DNA of 64,000 nucleotides from an uncultured Nitrosomonas sp. (GTDB lineage Bacteria; Pseudomonadota; Gammaproteobacteria; Burkholderiales; Nitrosomonadaceae): NCBI GenBank assembly GCA_964464365.1, contig CAYXFV010000003.1, positions 4,477 to 68,476 of the forward strand, read 5' to 3'. Shown piece by piece: positions 56,559 to 64,000 of this stretch (position 1 is its first letter; each line of letters starts with the position of its first letter). The notes under the pieces were generated by a model. It saw only the letters and a program-made list of their open reading frames with translations, ran no database searches and was not told where the DNA came from. The position numbers and the translations under genes were made by a program.

Positions 56559-57593
56559 ATGGCACAAGATGTTTCTTCCAACATTCAGGCACCACGAGTT
56601 GATGATCGCCCGGTATGGGATGTGATCTTTGCGGTTTATGGTTATCCGGCATTACTGCTGGCGCATCGGCTAAAAGTCTTTGCTTTGCTTGCAGCTGGTC
56701 CTCGAACAATGGAAGATATTTGCAATTCATTAAATCTCAAGCAACGCCCAGCAGAAGCAATTCTGACGGTAGCTACTGCATTGGGCTTTTTGTCATTGCA
56801 AGAAGGGCGTTATTCTCTGACTGCTGTGACAGAAGAATATTTGCTGGAGAAGAGTCCTAATTACTTCGGTTTTTTATGGGATCTGATGATCGACAATTAT
56901 CAAGTATGTTCCTTTACAAGTCTGGAAAAAGCAATTCTCACAGATTCTCCGCAAATTTACGGTGGAGGCAAAATTTATCAATCTCACGAGGAGCAGATCG
57001 AGTTGCTACATCGCTTTACAAGTGGCATGCATAGTATGAGCATGGCTTCAGCGCTCGTTTGGCCAGGGGTTTTAGATTTCTCCCAACACAGAATCATGCT
57101 TGATATTGGCGGCAGCTCTGGCGCGCATTCGATTGGTGCAACATTAAAATTGCCGAACTTGCAAGCGATTGTGCTGGATTTTCCTCAAGTATGCGAAGTA
57201 GCCCAAGGGTACATTGCTAAGTATGGCTTGCAAGATCGCGTTAATACCTGTGATGCGAATATCTGGAACGATCATTGGCCATCGGCCGACCTCCATTTCT
57301 TCTCAAATATGTATCACGACTGGCCACCGGAAAAATGTCATTTTCTGACCGCAAAAAGTTTCAGGTATTTGGAGTGTGGCGGGCGTATCGTGATCCATGA
57401 AATGCTTTGCAATGATGAGAAAACGGGTCCGTTTGCACCGGCCGCATTTGGCATGATGATGATGGGCTGGACCGAAGGCAAACAATACTCCGGTCTGGAA
57501 TTGTCAACCATGCTGAAGGAAATTGGCTTTGAGGACATTCAAATCCACAAAGCCTTTGGCTACCATAACATCGTAACTGGGCGAAAGCCCTAG
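56559..57593 (+). CDS. SAM-dependent O-methyltransferase (Methyltransf_2 with dimerisation domain)
   Basis: RBS aaggagga; LDIGGSSG, LQAIVLD.PQV, MYHDW, GGRIVIHE motifs. Confidence 0.88.
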   Translation: MAQDVSSNIQAPRVDDRPVWDVIFAVYGYPALLLAHRLKVFALLAAGPRTMEDICNSLNLKQRPAEAILTVATALGFLSLQEGRYSLTAVTEEYLLEKSPNYFGFLWDLMIDNYQVCSFTSLEKAILTDSPQIYGGGKIYQSHEEQIELLHRFTSGMHSMSMASALVWPGVLDFSQHRIMLDIGGSSGAHSIGATLKLPNLQAIVLDFPQVCEVAQGYIAKYGLQDRVNTCDANIWNDHWPSADLHFFSNMYHDWPPEKCHFLTAKSFRYLECGGRIVIHEMLCNDEKTGPFAPAAFGMMMMGWTEGKQYSGLELSTMLKEIGFEDIQIHKAFGYHNIVTGRKP

Positions 57594-57710
57594 TTCTTGG
57601 TCTTGGCTTAAGTCACCAGAAGCAGTGAGTTAAGGTTTTGTTTTCGCCTTTAATCTCTGCGAACGTCGTATTCAGTGTAAGTTTTGAACAGACTTCTTAC
57701 TTTTCGGATA

Positions 57711-58500
57711 TTAATTGATAGTATCCGTGTTACTATTTACCTGTGAGGCGAGAGCTATAGCAAGACTTTTGAGTTTGTCTAGATCCTCAAGTCCGTCGAG
57801 AAATCGTTTCGGAATGCCAGAGAAACCTATTTGGGCATCTACAAGCGCACCAGTGAGAATAGCGCGGGTTTGATTTTGCCCTCCACCATTGACCGCATGA
57901 AGCACAACGGATTCGAAATCGTTTCGGAAACGAGCAGCAAGATAATAGGCAACAGGGAGTTGGTGATAAATGGCACAGGGCATGCCGTACACAATCGACA
58001 CCTTCCACACGCCGGTTCTCATCTGCCGCAGCTTCAGGCCATATAAGACAGCGTCAGCAGGGCATCTGGTGAGGCGAATCGTCCGGCACGCGGCGACTTG
58101 GGCGCGGCGGTTGTAAATCGGCGAAGGTGACTGCATGCAAGGGTAGCTTTCCGGATTTTACTAATTCCATCAATTTCCCGGATAGCGTTTTATCCAGCGC
58201 ATGCCCCCGTATCAGCATGCCAAGTACCGCTGCATAAGCAACAGTCATCGAGATCACGGCATCATCACTCTGGGTAAGGCGAGTATTACTCGCGACTGTG
58301 GTAGCAAGCTCAGAAGGTTGGAATGCAACGGATGGCTAAAGCGAGCGTGCGCTCAATCGCTTCAGTGTCATCCGCATGACCACCGGTTTACCCTCATGGC
58401 AATTTCTGTTCCACACGCCGCCGCCATGCTTCCCCGAATTGACTGGCTGGTGTAACCGCCCGGTCCGCTCATGAATATATCCAAATCTTCTATAACCGAC
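57711..58500 (-). pseudogene. Fragmented ADP-ribosylglycohydrolase (DraG/ARH family) gene
   Basis: Successive frames give GPGGYTSQSIR / EAWRRRVEQKLP* / TGGHADDTEAIERTLALA / MTVAYAAVLGMLIRGH / WKVSIVYGMPCAIYHQLPVAYYLAARF..DFESVVLHAVNGGGQNQTRAILTGALV. Multiple frameshifts and stops; 5' part not recognisable. Confidence 0.7.
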
Positions 58501-58619
58501 AGCGTAAGCAGGAAAGGTCGGGCCATCTGTCGCCAGCACAATTTTCGCAGCGATACTATGCAAATCTACTCGCGACTTAAACCAAAATGGACTCCATTTT
58601 TGACAGCACATCTTAAGCT

Positions 58620-59039
58620 TTAGTCAGGTCTGAATGCGAATCTACCACTACCGATTAGGAAAACTGTCAAACCGCACAATAAGAAAAATCCTTGTAGCTC
58701 TAGCGCCCAACCACCTTGTGCATTCAGACTCAGTAGTTCATCCTGATGCACTAGAAAAAGCGCAAACAGCATATTACCCACGATCAAAAGCCCACCAAAG
58801 CGTGTAAAAATGCCTAAAATAATTAACAATGGCGCAACAATTTCTCCCAAAAACACACCATAAGCCAAATAGGGCGTAAGATCGAAAGCTGCGAGTTGTC
58901 CTTTGATAAATTCCAGCGAACCGGAATTAAAAATCTTTGCCACGCCATGAAACAACATAAAAATACCTAGTGTCAAACGCAACACCAACTTGCCGAGTGC
59001 GTCATTTCCACTAAAAATCGCTTTGAGCGTGTTATTCAT
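58620..59039 (-). CDS. DoxX-family membrane protein
   Basis: LRLTLGIFMLFHGVAK, GEIVAPLLIILG, GGWALE, GSGRF. Confidence 0.88.
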   Translation of the reverse strand: MNNTLKAIFSGNDALGKLVLRLTLGIFMLFHGVAKIFNSGSLEFIKGQLAAFDLTPYLAYGVFLGEIVAPLLIILGIFTRFGGLLIVGNMLFALFLVHQDELLSLNAQGGWALELQGFFLLCGLTVFLIGSGRFAFRPD

Positions 59040-59221
59040 TAATTTGCTCCTGTATAGTTGGGATTTTTTATATTGTACCCATTAATTTCTTCGATATCGA
59101 TCAGGTTATGGCCAAGTCCGAAGCTATAAGTCCATTTAGATTGATATTGTGCCGAGCTACTGGAGATACCTGCTTTGTAATTGCGGACTTGTAATTCACA
59201 TGGACCTAAACACCTAACGTA

Positions 59222-61165
59222 CTATAATTTCCCTTTCGTCAAGCGTCTCCATTCACTTTCCCAACTGCTGAATTGCTCTGCCGGCATCGGCATGCTCACC
59301 CAATATCCTTGCGCCACATCGCACTCCAGTGTTGCCAGGAGATCCCATACAGCCTGACTGTCCACTCCTTCCGCCACCACTTCCAGATCCAGATTGTGTC
59401 CAAGTTCAATGGTCGAGCGCACAATCACAGCTGAATCATTGTTTACCACCATTGGCATGACAAATGACTGATCAATCTTGATTGAATCTACCGGTAGCTT
59501 TTGCAAATAACTCAAGCTCGAATATCCCGTGCCAAAATCATCAATGAATAACCGGGTTCCGAGTTTCTTTAACTTGGTTAATGCTTCTAATGCAACCGAT
59601 GGTTCTTTCATCAGAGTACTCTCGGTCAATTCAAACTGAATCAGTTCCGGATTAACATTCCAAGTGGAAAATAGACCTTGAATACGGTCGACCAGCATAG
59701 GATCGTACAAATCATGTGCGGACAAATTCACTGACAAGGCTTGTTCTATCCCCATTTCGTGCCAGGCATAGCTTTGACTGAAAACCGCATCGAGCATCCA
59801 GTATGTCAAAGGCGTAATTAAGCCGGCATTCTCAGCGAGCTTGATAAATTCGATGGTTGATAACATGCCATGCACAGGATGCTGCCAACGCACTAAGGCT
59901 TCTGCGCCACACACACGCCGCGAAGCAATGTCGACCTTAGGCTGGCAATACAGCAATAACTCATTTTGTTCGATTGCCTGACGAAAATCTCCCATCAGTG
60001 AAATACGCCGGGTGCATTCTTGTTCCTGCCCCCCCGTGTATAGGGCATAGCCGCCTCGAGCAGGACAGACATCATTGGTAGCGGCATTGGCACGCCGTAA
60101 CAAGGTATCCGCTTCAGTGGCATGACCAGGATAGAGCGCAATACCTATGCTGACGCGCGGATCGACCATCAGACCGGCCACTTCCACGGAGTCATGCAAG
60201 GCATTGGCCAGCCGTTGTGCAGCTTGAATGGCACAATCCGCTCCTCCTCTGGGCAAGAGCAAAGCAAACTCGCCTTCCCCCACGCGCGCCAGGAATTCAC
60301 TTTCTTTCAGGGTACGTATCAAACGCTGAGCCAGTTGTTGCAGCAATTGATCACCTGAGTGATAGCCTAAGATTTGATTGATTCCACGCAAGCGGACAAT
60401 GTTCAGATGTAAGACAGCGAGCGCGTGGTGATGATGTTTTGCCGTTTGAATAGCATCTTGCAAGCGCTCAAGCATAAGGGTGCGATTGGGCAATTCGGTC
60501 AGAGGATCATAATAAGCCAGTCGCACAATGGTAGCTTCAGCGGCCTGATGTTCAGCGCGCATGCGCAGATTGGAAATGCCATAAGCCAAATCATCAGCCA
60601 ATTCACTGAGCAGCTTGACTTCTTCTTTATCAAAAGCATCAGGTTCGATCGCACCCATGACCAAGGCACCGAGCACTTGTTCATTCACGTGCAGGGGAAA
60701 GGCGGTAACTGCTGCATAGCCGAACTTGATTGCATTCTCGCGAAGGGGAGCATAAGCAGGCGTGGTATAGACAGGATCTGTGAGAATGTTCCTGCCCACA
60801 CACGGCTCGCCTGTACGGATCGCAGTAGCTGTCGCGGAACGCCCCATTTCTGTGTCGGCCCAAGTGTAAAGAAGCGCTTCCAAAAACGCTTTATCTACAC
60901 CGATACTGGCCATCTAGTGGAGACTCTTGTCTTTATCGTGCGCTGCATATGCGACGCTAGCCATACGGTAACCGCCTTTTTCCACGATGACCTGGCACAT
61001 ATCGTGCAGCAATTCCTGCTCGTCCGAGGCATGCAATAAAGTATGATTGCCAGCACTCAAAGTTCTGAGTGCACAGGTGACGCGCTCGATGATTGTGAGT
61101 AATTGCTCATTCTTGATTACTGAATTCGAGCTGTCTTTATTTGATTCGTCGGTAGGGTATGCCAT
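59222..61165 (-). pseudogene. GAF-GGDEF(degenerate)-EAL c-di-GMP phosphodiesterase gene split by one in-frame TAG at 60914-60916
   Basis: ORFs 60914..61165 and 59222..60913 are in frame (CAC TAG ATG GCC) and together form one GAF domain. GGDEF site reads GEGEF; GAEALVRW and DDFGTGYSS are intact. Confidence 0.8.
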
Positions 61166-61612
61166 ACATTCTTACCTCGATATTGTTATGGTTTCTTATG
61201 TTTTCGCTTTAAGATGCTGAACAGCTTTGTTGATCATCACCATGTTTTTATGGGTAATTTCTTTAAAAGAATGGCATCCAGAGTAATTGGATCAATCGAT
61301 CTGAATCTGTCAAAAATTCCTATTTTTAATTAACTTTCTCTAGGAATCCAGTCAGTAATTTCCAATGTATATGATATGAAATCACTTTTAAATTTGTTTT
61401 TAACATTTGTTTAACGGGGGATTAACGCTTTCCTGATATGTGCATTATTAGTATGCAAAGTAGGAAAGCGCGATAGTGTCAAAACCGTTATCTAATCAAA
61501 ATTCACCATGAGCTCGATGCGCATTTTTTGGCCCTTGACACTTTCGCGATTTCTCAGTCCGGTTCTTCGGATCAAAAATTTAGCATAACGTTAGCATAAA
61601 GGAGTGACACAA

Positions 61613-62722
61613 ATGTTAGAGGAATTTATCACCAATTTCATGAATAACTTGTTCAAACCATTGTTATTGTTTTTTTACCTGGGATTCTTGATTCCCTTGT
61701 TGAAAGTGCCGCTGGAATTTCCTCCCGCGCTCTATAAAGGCATAACGATTTATCTGCTCATCGCGATTGGCTGGCATGGCGGCGAAGAGCTTGCGGAGCT
61801 TACCGCGGATGATTTTCAGATGGCTCTGGGATTTATGGCGATCGGTTTTGTAACAAATACCATTATCGCATTAATGGCGTATCAAGCGCTGCGGCGGATG
61901 ACGCGTTTACGGACAATTGATGCCGCAACTGTAGCAGGCTACTACGGTTCGGATTCGGCAGGTACATTTGTCACGTGTGTCGGTGTGCTTGTTGCCGCCA
62001 ATATCGCGTTTGCCGCCTATATGCCGGTGATGCTTGCCGTTATGGAAATTCCGGGTTGTCTTGTCGCGCTTTATCTGGTTTCGAAAGCCCGCCATTCGGG
62101 GAAAATGGATGAAGCGGGTAATTTGCCTGGAGAGCCAGGATACAATCCCGCAGCCATTAAGGTAAATGGCGATAACGGAAACGGCGGTGTCTTCAGTAAA
62201 AAGGTATTACATGAGATTTTTTTCAATCCCGGTCTGTTTCTGTTGTTTGGTGGTATTTTGATTGGATTTATCTCCAGACTGCAGGGCATAAAAGTTACTG
62301 AAGCAAATGATCAATTCTTTATCGTACTGTTTCAGGGCGTTTTGTCCCTCTTCTTGTTGGAAATGGGGATAACAGCTTGTTCGCGCCTTAAAGATCTGAA
62401 GCTTGGCGGACCGGGTTTCGTGGCGTTTGGAGTTATTGCGCCCAATATCTTTGCGACCTTTGGGATACTTGTCGCCCATATGTATAGTATGGCGATTGGC
62501 CACCCGCTTGAGATTGGAACCTATGTACTTTTTGCGGTATTGTGTGGCGCGGCTTCGTATATCGCTGTTCCGGCTGTACAGCGCATGGCGATACCTGAAG
62601 CGAGTCCCACTTTGCCGCTGGCGGCTTCGCTGGGATTGACGTTTACCTATAACGTGACCATAGGTATTCCGCTCTACATTTTGTTTTCCACTGCACTGAC
62701 CACACTGATACCGGCGGTGTAG
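61613..62722 (+). CDS. sbtA: Sodium-dependent bicarbonate transporter family permease
   Basis: YKGITIYLLIAIGWHGG, AATVAGYYGSDSAGTF, LAVMEIPG, FLLEMG, AASYIAVPA, SLGLTFTYNVTIGIP; RBS aaggag before ATG 61613. Confidence 0.9.
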   Translation: MLEEFITNFMNNLFKPLLLFFYLGFLIPLLKVPLEFPPALYKGITIYLLIAIGWHGGEELAELTADDFQMALGFMAIGFVTNTIIALMAYQALRRMTRLRTIDAATVAGYYGSDSAGTFVTCVGVLVAANIAFAAYMPVMLAVMEIPGCLVALYLVSKARHSGKMDEAGNLPGEPGYNPAAIKVNGDNGNGGVFSKKVLHEIFFNPGLFLLFGGILIGFISRLQGIKVTEANDQFFIVLFQGVLSLFLLEMGITACSRLKDLKLGGPGFVAFGVIAPNIFATFGILVAHMYSMAIGHPLEIGTYVLFAVLCGAASYIAVPAVQRMAIPEASPTLPLAASLGLTFTYNVTIGIPLYILFSTALTTLIPAV

Positions 62723-63521
62723 TTGTTCCTGAATGAGTTTTCAGGTATCTGATTGCTTGAGGTAAGGCGGGAAAGAACATTTAACGGGAAACCGCCTTAC
62801 CGACAGCATAGAAAAACAAAAGGTATTCATCATTTTTTTGCCAAACTTACAAAGTGTAAGCGCGGATCCGATAAAGCTGCAATCAATATACCGGCGCGTA
62901 TTCGGATTCGAGCTGGTTACTCTTGTATGAATGTGTAAAAGCTTTTGCAAAATACTGTCTCATAATATTATCAATAAAAACATTGAATTAATAACAAGAA
63001 AAAGGGCTTCTGATTGTAGGAGTACGCCTGAAAGTAAATTGAAAGGTTTTAATGCGGGACTGGAGATTGCACAACAGAACCCGTTACGTTGAGTGCTGAA
63101 AGAACTTGCAGCGCGCGGCGTGATCACTGATCAAACAAGTTAGCCATATACCGGCTTTGTAGGCAGTGGATCGGCGATCCATCTTCAAATACACGCGCAA
63201 GCGTTCCATGTAAGAAAACAAGTCAACTGGATTCAATTCCTATTAGTGCGACTTTCGCAATTTTTTTACAGTCCAGAAGCCCGGTACATGCTGATCATAT
63301 ATTTCTGGCGCTGCATTATTTTTGTAAATCATGTGCCGGGTATGCAGTTGGAAAATCGTCAGGTATGTGTCTCCAGGGCGTATTTTTCATCAAAACTGTA
63401 TATTAATCAATATTTAACATCGTTTTGACAGGGTATTGATATATGCCGCCGTAGAGTATTCATTGCGCTCAGTGATTAAACCGTTATGGCGCGCAAACTT
63501 TAAACAACTTGGAGAAATGAT

Positions 63522-64000
63522 ATGAGTAAGAAAGCATTAATCTATGGATCAATTCTGGCGCTCATTTTGATGCAACCGAGCATTTTTCTTGCGGCCGGGA
63601 AATCAGAAACTGATGTGATTAAGGAAAAAACGGGATCGTTGAATCAGGAACAGCCTCAGTATTCCCAGGTACTGGCGAATAAAATGATGGGGCATATCGA
63701 TCTTGCCAGGTTTGCCCTGGCGATCAAGCTGCCTCGTCAGGCGGCGCACCAGATTGAAAAAGCGCAAATTATCGAAGCGATCCTTGCATCACAATTATCC
63801 GGACCGGGAATTAACACTGCTTTTAATTACGGCAAGATTGATTACGCTAAAAACGCCCGGGTCAAAGAACATTACGTGCCGGTTGTGGATGATGTGTTAT
63901 TGATCAGCGATTATGAAGAGATCTTTAATTATTTGAAAAAACTCAATGTACAGGAAACTGATGTAAGTCTGGTGCAGTTGAAAATTGCAATAAATCTCGA
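63522..64000 (+). CDS. Exported hypothetical protein (possibly YfdX-like), 3'-truncated by the window edge
   Basis: RBS ggag. Frame open to the window end: MSKKALIYGSILALILMQPSIFLAAGKSE...GHIDLARFALAIK...; N-terminal signal peptide. Missing from the ORF track because it has no stop. Confidence 0.7.
   Translation, partial: MSKKALIYGSILALILMQPSIFLAAGKSETDVIKEKTGSLNQEQPQYSQVLANKMMGHIDLARFALAIKLPRQAAHQIEKAQIIEAILASQLSGPGINTAFNYGKIDYAKNARVKEHYVPVVDDVLLISDYEEIFNYLKKLNVQETDVSLVQLKIAINL

Noticed and set aside
60914-60916. Programmed amber read-through (pyrrolysine)
   Set aside because: No pyl genes in the window and an unlikely host; a nonsense mutation from TGG is more parsimonious.
60425-61039. 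204-aa plus-strand ORF over the GAF region
   Set aside because: Antisense to the GAF-GGDEF-EAL gene; no motifs.
62723-63520. 800-bp intergenic region searched for sbtB, a recombinase relic or an ncRNA
   Set aside because: Only short, stop-riddled frames and a weak 6-bp hairpin (cctgaa/ttcagg); nothing supportable.
1-64000. tRNA, rRNA, CRISPR arrays, intact transposases or integrases
   Set aside because: None recognised by eye; tRNAscan-SE, Infernal and CRISPR finders would be needed to exclude them formally.

Overview
Bacterial chromosomal window. The host is probably a betaproteobacterium of the Nitrosomonas (ammonia-oxidiser) type; this is inferred from gene content (sdhCDA without sdhB, mla operon layout, SbtA), not proven. 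(1) 1-15.6 kb: the 3' part of a giant two-partner-secretion (FHA-like, DUF3739-type) exoprotein, followed by an operon for an unusual TonB motor (DUF2341/LamG-ExbB fusion, ExbD, TonB), a 'putative porin' and a coiled-coil protein. This is the best candidate for a poorly understood system. (2) 15.6-34 kb: cell-surface region with an acyltransferase, a GNAT, wzt/wzm, an IS5 relic, a 2461-aa RTX/S-layer-like protein, a radical SAM + LpxL-like acyltransferase pair and a degenerate LpxK paralog. (3) 34-46.5 kb: core genes (putA, sdhCDA, SH3 protein, nuclease, mlaFEDCB, ABC ATPase). (4) 46.5-64 kb: accessory region with a wrbA-dioxygenase-pchC-X-pchF-aryl alcohol dehydrogenase phenolic-oxidation cluster, a Cu-ATPase, SRPBCC + O-methyltransferase, an ADP-ribosylglycohydrolase relic, DoxX, a GAF-GGDEF-EAL gene split by one amber codon, SbtA and a truncated exported protein. 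Non-coding features: two 122-bp palindromic elements with compensatory base changes, two GTAG-type REP-like hairpins flanking one gene, and a hairpin-rich intergenic region. No rRNA, tRNA or CRISPR array was seen.
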